Made by a program: the position numbers and the translations under genes. Positions 28,403-36,434 of a stretch of 64,000 nt of DNA are shown here, piece after piece. Source of the DNA: a virus (Duplodnaviria > Heunggongvirae > Uroviricota > Caudoviricetes). Where the stretch lies: the IMG/VR virus record IMGVR_UViG_3300035703_000003, one strand, 5' to 3'. Within the stretch, counting starts at the first letter, position 1. Every line of letters begins with the position of its first letter. The notes beneath the pieces are model-generated. The model saw only the letters and a program-made list of their open reading frames with translations. It was not told where the DNA came from and did no database searches.

Positions 28403-29811
28403 TTCTCACGACCTGCTTTCATATTAGCAAGCCAGTGTGCCATACGCTGCTTTTCGCCTGAACTATTTTTAGCTGTTTTTCGCAAATCACTAACACTGGC
28501 TTTGGTATTTACACCCATACGCTTTGCCAGACCTTTGCGCCCTGGATTTTTACCATCTGCAAAGTTTTCATTTGTTTTTTCTACAGGGAAATATGCTTTA
28601 ATAGTTTTACCCATACGTTGCGCTGCGGCTGCACGATGGTTGCCATCAATTACACTGTACTTACCGTCACTAAACTGTGGTCCTACAATAATTGGTGCGC
28701 TTAGGTCAACACGATGACTGTAGTCGATATCTACAATACGATCAAATGGATCATCATAGTCGAAGAATTCTTCCTCACTTGGGAACATGTCTGGGGTAAA
28801 GTTTCCAAGTTGCCAATCATGAGCTAAGATGAACCGATCCATGTCTTTGTTCATACCAGCATCGTGATGCATACCTCTGAAGATTTTCAGCATTTCTTTG
28901 CCAGATTCTTCAGCTAATCCTTCTCTAGCCGCCGCTGCTTTTTCATCACTAGTATCGCCGGTAACCTTGTATGTTTTACCGTTTACACTAAATTCTTTTT
29001 TACCTGCTTTGATAGCATTCATACGTGCATCAGTAAATGGGTTTGATTCGTTAATATTGTCTGATAATAGATTAACAATTTTAGGCAATAGAGACTGATT
29101 CCTTGTAGCTTCTGGCAAGTCGCTATCTTTCATTGGTCTAATGCCTTTTATTTTTACATGCTCATTCTTTTCAAAACGTTTAATAAACTTCTCAACGGGC
29201 AATGGGCCGTCATAGTCAATTAATGTGTTTCCAAGTTTAACTGCAGCGTGATCTGCGTTGCCACGATCATTAATAAGAACCACTATATCTCCACCGTGTA
29301 TTTTTTGTAATGCTTGTGCTACTAATACACATCCACCATCAAACGGACCACAATCTTCGGGTTCTAAAATGTCATAAATGTTTTCTTTTGCTTCATTAGT
29401 AAGATCATGTGCAACCTTAAGTGCTGCTGGACCTTGTGGATGTCTTGGATTGATACTAACAACATCGCCGTTCATAAGATCACTGACGCTGGCACTCTTG
29501 CCTATTTTGTCTAACAGTTGATGTAACTTATCCTCAGGATCATAACCGTTTGTCTCGTATCCTAGTTTACCACGCACTTCAGTTCGCTTGCCTGTTTGTT
29601 TGTTTAAAATATGTAGGACTAGCATACCTGCACGGTTGTCACGCTCCAGTTGTAACATGTAACTATTGCCACTGCTTTCTTTAAGATAAGGTAAACTGAA
29701 CCACAGCTTAAACCAATCGTCTGTTCCTGGCTTTACTTTCTTTTCACGCTCGATGTCACGCAAACGCTTGCTTGTATGACTAATATTTTCTGATATTTCG
29801 TTTATTTTCAT
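28399..29811 (-). CDS. Tagged (MKINEISE) multi-module protein including a ParB-like domain
   Basis: PIIV...VIDGNHRAAA ParB motif; GGC...HA...IDYDG possible Cys-His-Asp module. Confidence 0.8.
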   Translation of the reverse strand: MKINEISENISHTSKRLRDIEREKKVKPGTDDWFKLWFSLPYLKESSGNSYMLQLERDNRAGMLVLHILNKQTGKRTEVRGKLGYETNGYDPEDKLHQLLDKIGKSASVSDLMNGDVVSINPRHPQGPAALKVAHDLTNEAKENIYDILEPEDCGPFDGGCVLVAQALQKIHGGDIVVLINDRGNADHAAVKLGNTLIDYDGPLPVEKFIKRFEKNEHVKIKGIRPMKDSDLPEATRNQSLLPKIVNLLSDNINESNPFTDARMNAIKAGKKEFSVNGKTYKVTGDTSDEKAAAAREGLAEESGKEMLKIFRGMHHDAGMNKDMDRFILAHDWQLGNFTPDMFPSEEEFFDYDDPFDRIVDIDYSHRVDLSAPIIVGPQFSDGKYSVIDGNHRAAAAQRMGKTIKAYFPVEKTNENFADGKNPGRKGLAKRMGVNTKASVSDLRKTAKNSSGEKQRMAHWLANMKAGREK

Positions 29812-30173
29812 TTCGCCAGACCTAAGTTAAACAATGTATTTGTTGTGCTAGTATTTAACAGTTTTGGCTTGCCGTCGCCTCCGAAAAACTTTTTAGCTTG
29901 ACGCTCAGTTTCACCGGGCTTAACATCGACTGTAGTATTAACACCAGGAACAATTTTACCATCTTCATCTACACGCTTGCCACGCTTACCGTAAGCACCG
30001 CCTGCATACCACTCACACCATCCGTTTGGGTCTATGTTACCTGCAACTGCACTACATTTGTTAGGATCTCTCCACATTGTGCAGTTAATACATTTTTGTC
30101 CGTTCTTAGGATCAGGCTGATAACCTGCTTCAGCCTTAGACCCTTTCCCTTCAAATAGCTCATGTATTCTCAT
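29808..30173 (-). CDS. Tagged (MRIHELFE) high-potential iron-sulfur protein (HiPIP)-like
   Basis: AGYQ...CINC-x8-C-x10-GWCEWY, the four-Cys HiPIP pattern. Confidence 0.8.
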   Translation of the reverse strand: MRIHELFEGKGSKAEAGYQPDPKNGQKCINCTMWRDPNKCSAVAGNIDPNGWCEWYAGGAYGKRGKRVDEDGKIVPGVNTTVDVKPGETERQAKKFFGGDGKPKLLNTSTTNTLFNLGLAK

Positions 30174-31366
30174 CTTGGTCCTACTCCCATTGCCGTTGGC
30201 GGTGTTCCAGTTGATGGTTTAGGTTTAGGAGGAGTGATAGGCTTTGGTGCAGACTTGGGGGGAGTTAATCCGGTCCCTGTTCTATCTTGTGCGCCCATCG
30301 GTGTTGGACTTCCTGACCCTGTAGTTAGTTTAGGTATATTAGTCGGAGTAGTTGGGGCCACTCTCGGTGTTGGACTAACAGGTCTAGTAGGTAAACTTAC
30401 GTTGTTAAAGATTTCTCGCATAGCACTTAATGTTTGCACGCCTGCTATACCATCAACTTGTAGACCGTAATCTTGTTGAAACTTTCTTACCGCTGCAGTT
30501 GTATTCCCGCCATAACGACCGTCGACTCCCTGATCGCCTACAGTATATCCTAATGTTGTAAGACCTTTTTGTAAAGTTTTAACACTGTCTAATGGAACAC
30601 CTTCTGCTCTGTAATCTCTTTTAAGATTTATTGCTCCACTAGGACCTGGCAACTTACTAACATCAATTTTAGGGATAACTTTAGGTGGTATAACGTTTAC
30701 TCTAGCAGGAATACTTGTAAATGGATTTGGAACGGCATTCGGGGGAGTTAACTTGGGACGTTCTAAGTTCGGTGCGGACATAGTAGACACTGTTGTTCTA
30801 AACGCAGATGGTGATGTATAATTTGGCCCAGCTGTAGTTAATGCTCTATCTAATGTATTATATCCTGCTGATAAGTTTGCATATCCATCTGCACTGTAAT
30901 TAGGATCAGTGCGACGCCATCTAATATAGTTGTCTCCTAATACTTCTGCTGCAGTGTTAGGGTCAATATCAGGATTTCCTAAAAATTCGGTTGCAGTTCT
31001 ACGATATGACGGCTCGTTTTCCATTTCATATCTAACAAACTTTGCTTGTGCATCTAATGTTTCTTGTCCGGGTATAAGATTTCCGCTATTATCTATCCGG
31101 CCTTGGTCGTTCATAAATCTCATAAATGAATCATGACGTGGTCCTTGCCAGCTAATCATACCTGCATTGCTAGCACGATTGTATGGATCTGTATGCGTTC
31201 CATACAAATATCTGTCTTGAAAACTATTTTCTCTATTAACCTCTGCAGTAAGAGCTCTTGCTTGAGCATCACTAAATCCTGCATTAGTAAATGCATTATA
31301 AACGCCCAATGCGTTTGCTTCACGACTAGTTAATTCTCCTGCTTCGAACAGTTCTTTTAATCTCAT
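30170..31366 (-). CDS. Tagged (MRLKELFE) phage tail lysozyme-like domain plus PG-binding domain
   Basis: GFSDAQARALTAEVNRENSF, GMISWQGPR and LDAQAKFV; DGRYGGNT...VDGIAG. Confidence 0.8.
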   Translation of the reverse strand: MRLKELFEAGELTSREANALGVYNAFTNAGFSDAQARALTAEVNRENSFQDRYLYGTHTDPYNRASNAGMISWQGPRHDSFMRFMNDQGRIDNSGNLIPGQETLDAQAKFVRYEMENEPSYRRTATEFLGNPDIDPNTAAEVLGDNYIRWRRTDPNYSADGYANLSAGYNTLDRALTTAGPNYTSPSAFRTTVSTMSAPNLERPKLTPPNAVPNPFTSIPARVNVIPPKVIPKIDVSKLPGPSGAINLKRDYRAEGVPLDSVKTLQKGLTTLGYTVGDQGVDGRYGGNTTAAVRKFQQDYGLQVDGIAGVQTLSAMREIFNNVSLPTRPVSPTPRVAPTTPTNIPKLTTGSGSPTPMGAQDRTGTGLTPPKSAPKPITPPKPKPSTGTPPTAMGVGPR

Positions 31367-31370
31367 TTTA

Positions 31371-32006
31371 TTATCCTGCTAGTATAGTTAATAGTTGTAG
31401 TATTGCTTCTGGATGCATCGATTGTCTTGGTGTAGCTAACAGTTGAATTTCTGTTCGCATTTTGTCTGCGTCTTCTGGACTTACTCCACGGCTTTCTAGT
31501 TTGTCGATAAGATTGTTAATTTTATTTAAATCAATCGGGAGTGGTGGTTGCTCTTGTTCTCCTGCTTCTGTTGCAAAGGATCTTAATTTTCTTGCTATTT
31601 TAGGGTCTCTTAGTAATCTTAACGCTTTTACTCCTAGTTGGCCGACACGGCCATCGCTTATTCCCAATACATTTGCTATTTGTGTATTTGTCATAGGATT
31701 ATTAAATGGTTCAATTCCAAACTGTGCTTTAAGTATTAGTGCGTATCGGCGTGGTAATTGATCTATTGCTGCATGTATTTCTTTTGTTAGTTCTTCACGA
31801 TTTACTGTATCGAATTGGTCAGCATCATAGCTACCGGTGGGGAAATCAACTTGTGTGCCTTTAACAGTAATGTCTCTTTTACTAATACTTTTACTGTTAG
31901 GCACTCTGCCCCCGATAGTAGTGTTGCGGTATGTTTCGCTGTCTGGATTGTATAACGCCATTACCTGCTTATCACTAAATGTTTCTGATAAATCTCTTAG
32001 TTTCAT
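31371..32006 (-). CDS. Tagged (MKLRDLSE) sigma70 region-4-like HTH protein
   Basis: LPRRYALILKAQFGI...RVGQLGVKALRLLRDPKIARKLRSF aligns by eye to the RpoD C-terminus. Confidence 0.8.
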   Translation of the reverse strand: MKLRDLSETFSDKQVMALYNPDSETYRNTTIGGRVPNSKSISKRDITVKGTQVDFPTGSYDADQFDTVNREELTKEIHAAIDQLPRRYALILKAQFGIEPFNNPMTNTQIANVLGISDGRVGQLGVKALRLLRDPKIARKLRSFATEAGEQEQPPLPIDLNKINNLIDKLESRGVSPEDADKMRTEIQLLATPRQSMHPEAILQLLTILAG

Positions 32007-32560
32007 TTTTTATATTGTCCCAAATATTCAGCTACTAAGTCAAAGAAAGGTTTACCATCAATCATAGTATCGGCAGATACACCTGCAGCATCTGCAAATG
32101 CTTGTTTGTCTCCCATTGCAACCGCTGTTCTTAATGCAGTTGCACTACTTAATCTTGGTGTTGGCACTTGTGTTATTTTAGGGAAGTTATAACCACCATG
32201 TGCGCCCTCTTTGCCATTATATTGCTGTAATGTTTTTAAAACCCAATCTTCGTCGGTATAGATCCTCAATTCAACATCGCCGTGTTTTTGATAAATTTCG
32301 TTTGCAAGTGTAAGCCAGCTTTGACTAGGTGCAATATGCTTTGCTACTTCTGGCCAAATAGTTTCCATTGCTTTTATTTTTACATCATATGGTAACGGAT
32401 CTTTTGGACCTTGTGTAGATTTGTTTGTGCCAACATACCAAGCAGGATTTTCACTAGCCATTTGCCATGCAGCTTTATGACCTTTATGAGGAGGATTGAA
32501 TCGTCCAAATATTAATCCTACACTATTAACGTTTGCTTCAAATAATTCGAATAATCTCAT
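32003..32560 (-). CDS. Tagged (MRLFELFE) HxGH nucleotidyltransferase
   Basis: FGRFNPPHKGH, KDPL and SSATALR motifs. Confidence 0.85.
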   Translation of the reverse strand: MRLFELFEANVNSVGLIFGRFNPPHKGHKAAWQMASENPAWYVGTNKSTQGPKDPLPYDVKIKAMETIWPEVAKHIAPSQSWLTLANEIYQKHGDVELRIYTDEDWVLKTLQQYNGKEGAHGGYNFPKITQVPTPRLSSATALRTAVAMGDKQAFADAAGVSADTMIDGKPFFDLVAEYLGQYKK

Positions 32561-32587
32561 TTTACTGTTTCCTTGTCAACCTTGTCA

Positions 32588-32944
32588 TCACCAAGCCCTG
32601 CAACTCCAGTATCTTGCTTTAGTCTTAGGCCCAGGATTATCGCAATTGTGTCTTGCACGGAAACTACGGCGACGTGCTGGGTTTGATTTTTTAATACGCA
32701 TGTTTGGATCACCAAAGTTTACTTTTTTAACATTTCCTGTGCCAGGATCTTTTACATAAACTTTGAATTTTTTTACATCGCCTTGCATAGGCTTGTTGAG
32801 CTGCACATTGCGCCCTTGATATTCGGCTTCGAAGAGACCATCTTCGTCATATGCTAAGTAGCCAAATTCTTCGTGAAAATCTTGATTATCATCTAACGTG
32901 ATTTCGTTTTCACTATTCTCGGTTATAAGGTCTGAAAATTTCAT
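32588..32944 (-). CDS. Tagged (MKFSDLITE) basic protein
   Basis: Acidic leader, then LFE|AEYQG and a basic domain RRSFRARHNC...RYWSCRAW. Confidence 0.8.
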   Translation of the reverse strand: MKFSDLITENSENEITLDDNQDFHEEFGYLAYDEDGLFEAEYQGRNVQLNKPMQGDVKKFKVYVKDPGTGNVKKVNFGDPNMRIKKSNPARRRSFRARHNCDNPGPKTKARYWSCRAW

Positions 32945-32948
32945 AAGA

Positions 32949-32992
32949 ACACCCTCGGTAATACTTTAATATAGTATTTAGCCCGAGGGTGT
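32949..32992 (-). promoter_or_regulatory. Late promoter (TAAATA) within an RBS-sequestering hairpin
   Basis: 10-bp inverted repeat ACACCCTCGG/CCGAGGGTGT flanks TAAATA; the 3' arm contains the GAGG RBS. Confidence 0.7.
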
Positions 32993-33003
32993 ATGGTTTA
33001 CTA

Positions 33004-33921
33004 TTATGCGTTAGTAATTTTAGCAACAGTTGAAGTTGCAGTGCCTAGTGTCCACGGAACGCTTCTACCAGTTGTGAATACTGTACCTGTTCCCTGAGTC
33101 AATGTTGCTCTACGAGCAGTTAACTTAGTTACATAATATGTATCACCTGCAGCGTCTGTAGCAACAATACTGCATTCACCTGCCGCATTCGCTAATGAAG
33201 ATTGCAGTTGGACAATGCCAGTGCGAGTACCGTCTGTTACTTTATAACGGTTTGTGGAAACTTGACGCAATATGTCAACTTGTACAGCCGAACCACCGGT
33301 TAAGAAACCAATCATTGTGATTGAGTTTTCTTGGTTTCCTGTAGTTCCTATAATACCACTGTCAGTACCAAGTACGGCTGTAGCAGCACCAGTGCCACCG
33401 CTAAATGTGATAGCTGCATCTGCTGCATCAGTATAACCAGAACCTTGTTCAGTAATAGTAATGTCTTTAACACGATATGTGATAGTTAGTGTAGCACCAG
33501 TGCCGCCTGCTGGAGCAACTGTTGTTGTTTTAGCACCAGTAGTTGTTGCAGTGAATGTACCACGATTTAGTGGTGTTACTGTTGCAACTGCAGTAGTCGA
33601 CAATGTTGCTACTGTGAATGTAGCTGTTTGACCACCGTAAGTAACAGTTAGCACATCATTCACAGAGTAGCCTGACCCGCCTGCTGTTACAACTGCACTT
33701 AGTACTTCCATAACAGTAGTACCAGTAGCAGTAACACCGCCAACTGCTGCCTTGTCAGGTGCAGAAAACGTTACTGTTGGCTGGTCGGCACCTAGATATG
33801 AACCTGCAGTAGTAATAGTTACACTTGATACAAAACCACCGCCGATGCCGTTGTCTGCTGCTGTGCTTGCGGAACCGATATTGCGGTTACCGAAGAATTT
33901 CTTATTTAATGGACGCCCCAT
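33004..33921 (-). CDS. Virion structural protein (Thr/Gly/Ala-rich)
   Basis: GSGY repeats, strong AAGGAG RBS, late promoter. Confidence 0.75.
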   Translation of the reverse strand: MGRPLNKKFFGNRNIGSASTAADNGIGGGFVSSVTITTAGSYLGADQPTVTFSAPDKAAVGGVTATGTTVMEVLSAVVTAGGSGYSVNDVLTVTYGGQTATFTVATLSTTAVATVTPLNRGTFTATTTGAKTTTVAPAGGTGATLTITYRVKDITITEQGSGYTDAADAAITFSGGTGAATAVLGTDSGIIGTTGNQENSITMIGFLTGGSAVQVDILRQVSTNRYKVTDGTRTGIVQLQSSLANAAGECSIVATDAAGDTYYVTKLTARRATLTQGTGTVFTTGRSVPWTLGTATSTVAKITNA

Positions 33922-34002
33922 TTTGTTTCTCCTTAATTTGACGTTCTAGGTCCTACGGGGTGGGAGCCCCATAACGCTGCAATTATTACAGTTCCTATAC
34001 AT

Positions 34003-34010
34003 TATTTATA
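34003..34010 (-). promoter_or_regulatory. T4-type late promoter TATAAATA
   Basis: Exact match overlapping the upstream stop codon. Confidence 0.65.
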
Positions 34011-34506
34011 AGATTGGACGTCTTATACCCAATGCATAACTTGCAGGATATAACTTAAAACTAACACTGTTGTTTTGATTGCCGCCTAACACCCAATACC
34101 ATTTTTTGCCGTCTATATATACAGTGCTAGCATGTATACCTACATGTCCTTGCCAACTTTGACTTCCACGTGGAAATACAAGTATGTCACCGGACTGCGC
34201 TACATTGACCGGGTGACCCCATTTTAAGAAACTTCTAGCTAACAACGGATTGTCGCTTACAGTACCAGACCCTTGTATGTCGTTCATATCTAATACTGCA
34301 TTTACAAATGCAGCACACCACTCAGTTCTAACAGGATCCACACCAAGTGTTTCGGTCAACTGTCTTCTGTGATGCTTTTCTGAAAAACCAGTGAACTGTT
34401 CAGCAGTGCTGATAATTTCCTCGGAAGGAGTTTCTTTTGGTTTATCGAGTGTGAATAAAGGCGCACACCCTGTTATTAGTAAACAAAATAAAATCACTCT
34501 CATCAC
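34006..34506 (-). CDS. TIGR02594-like NlpC/P60 (CHAP-type) lipoprotein
   Basis: Lipobox ITGC; EWCAAFVN, GHVG and LGGNQ motifs. Confidence 0.85.
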   Translation of the reverse strand: MMRVILFCLLITGCAPLFTLDKPKETPSEEIISTAEQFTGFSEKHHRRQLTETLGVDPVRTEWCAAFVNAVLDMNDIQGSGTVSDNPLLARSFLKWGHPVNVAQSGDILVFPRGSQSWQGHVGIHASTVYIDGKKWYWVLGGNQNNSVSFKLYPASYALGIRRPIL

Positions 34507-34569
34507 ATGTATTTAAAGAAAAATCTAAAAATACACAGTGACAAGAGTGACGGATAAGCAAAAAGTTGC

Positions 34570-35406
34570 TTATTCAATAAACCAATTTTTGATTACTAAT
34601 AGAGGAACAGTGTTATCGATGTTAGTTCTGATTTCACTTGTAACTACGTTTACTTCAACTCCTTCGTTAATTTGTTTACTAAAATTAACAATAAATGGGC
34701 TGTGCTTACGATCAACATGAATTTCGACAGCACCGATGTTAGACTCGCAAATGTAGTAATGGTTGTTACGCTGCGAAAACTCAAATACATTCTTTACAAA
34801 CAATTTACGATTTTTGTATTCTTCAGGATCGTAAGCAAAACGTTCACTTCTTGCAAAGTATGATACGTAGTTGTTGTAAATCGCAGTTTTAAGAAAAGGT
34901 GCAGCATTTGTTAACATGCCCTCTACACTTACATTTTCACTAAGTCGATCACATGTAGTATCAATACGATACTGTAGTTCTAACCACAATGCAAACCTAA
35001 TCATTTTGTCGATTTGTTCATGTCGAGAAGTCTTGTTAGTTGTTCCGCTAAACACATCTCTATCGACATTTTTACTTTTTTCAAAAATAAAGTCTTTAAG
35101 ATTTTCTCTAAAACCACTAAGGCTAAATTGACACAACGTAGCTCGAATAAACTGTTCTCGATAATAGTTCCAAATTGTTTCTGCTTCAGATTTACTCAGT
35201 TTAGGATTGGATAAACAAAACAAATCAAAGTTAGTGGTTTTACTCGGAATACACTTAAATGTATGCCCAGTTCCATTAACTGTGTAAGTGTGCATCTCTT
35301 TGTCTATGCTATCATCAATTCCTTGTCCATACAACGTTGCACCAGGATTATTATACTGCCGAGTTACTGCAGTTACAGTTGCTACAGCTGGATTAAAAAA
35401 AGACAT
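34570..35406 (-). CDS. Hypothetical protein
   Basis: 278-aa ORF with GAGG RBS. Confidence 0.7.
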   Translation of the reverse strand: MSFFNPAVATVTAVTRQYNNPGATLYGQGIDDSIDKEMHTYTVNGTGHTFKCIPSKTTNFDLFCLSNPKLSKSEAETIWNYYREQFIRATLCQFSLSGFRENLKDFIFEKSKNVDRDVFSGTTNKTSRHEQIDKMIRFALWLELQYRIDTTCDRLSENVSVEGMLTNAAPFLKTAIYNNYVSYFARSERFAYDPEEYKNRKLFVKNVFEFSQRNNHYYICESNIGAVEIHVDRKHSPFIVNFSKQINEGVEVNVVTSEIRTNIDNTVPLLVIKNWFIE

Positions 35407-35413
35407 TATTCCC

Positions 35414-35851
35414 TCAAAAGTCGTCGTTGAAAATTAGATTTTGTTGTTTTACTGATCCGAGCTTTGCAGCAATTTTATAGTTGTTCCATGCTTCTTCTGC
35501 TGCGGGATTATCAGCAAGCCCATCCGGAGTCAAAATAAGATCATACCAATAAAAATCTAGCCTTGGAGGAAAAGCACCGAACTGTCTTGGTTGATGAAGT
35601 TTTCCTTGCTTTTTAAGTTGGATACAGATTTTCCTAAATGCTAGTTCGTCGGTATAACCCCACCACTCAGGGTGACTCCACATACTGCCTGAGGTATTAC
35701 CTCCGCCATAACCTTTCCAAATCTGTGTCCATTGGCTATCATTTTCGGGATCGAAATCAGTCCGTGCTATAATTGCAAGAACATCCTTTTCGTCTACCCG
35801 TTTATCGAAGATGTCTTTTACACAACGACTTAAACTTAACCCGACCTTCAT
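35414..35851 (-). CDS. Conserved-type phage hypothetical protein
   Basis: MKVGLSLSRC...KLHQPRQFG; coupled ORF. Confidence 0.75.
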   Translation of the reverse strand: MKVGLSLSRCVKDIFDKRVDEKDVLAIIARTDFDPENDSQWTQIWKGYGGGNTSGSMWSHPEWWGYTDELAFRKICIQLKKQGKLHQPRQFGAFPPRLDFYWYDLILTPDGLADNPAAEEAWNNYKIAAKLGSVKQQNLIFNDDF

Positions 35852-36081
35852 TCGTTAACCTCGTTTTGTTTACGGTTTTTACTGTAGTTTACAGTTGCGT
35901 TCCAAAACCAAACCAACCCATAACAAAAGATAGCCAACACTGTTGCTAAGATATTAACAACGCCAATGACTATAATTGTTGCTGCGATTGTCAACCACCA
36001 ATCGTTTTCGGCATAGGATTGGTAGTATACTATACCAAAGATTGCAGCATACAATGCCAAGTTCCAAATTTGTTCTTTCAT
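35848..36081 (-). CDS. Small membrane protein
   Basis: Two hydrophobic segments; coupled ORF. Confidence 0.7.
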   Translation of the reverse strand: MKEQIWNLALYAAIFGIVYYQSYAENDWWLTIAATIIVIGVVNILATVLAIFCYGLVWFWNATVNYSKNRKQNEVNE

Positions 36082-36434
36082 TTCACTTGTTCCTTTTTTG
36101 CCCAGTAATCGGCTTTGAATTGTTTTACATCTACAACTGCACTCTTAAGAGTCTCGGCATAATTGATAGCAACTTGTTCTTTCAAAACAATGGTTGTTTG
36201 CATTTCTGCATATCCTTTGGTAAGGATTTGCCAAATTTGCTGCCAACGATTCTTTTCCCACCACTTGGTATGGTTCTTTACATAGATGTGAACACTAACG
36301 TCAACATCGTCTGCTTCAACATTTAGTTCGTGCGAACAATCGTCGCCACCGCACTCGCATCGAATGTGATACCACTTGCTATCGCCCCACTCGCTGGTCT
36401 TTAGAATGCCTTCTGCTGGCTTTTCTGCGTTCAT
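36078..36434 (-). CDS. Hypothetical protein (CxC...CxH)
   Basis: Start reassigned to MNAEK, ATGA overlap with uvsE. Confidence 0.7.
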   Translation of the reverse strand: MNAEKPAEGILKTSEWGDSKWYHIRCECGGDDCSHELNVEADDVDVSVHIYVKNHTKWWEKNRWQQIWQILTKGYAEMQTTIVLKEQVAINYAETLKSAVVDVKQFKADYWAKKEQVK

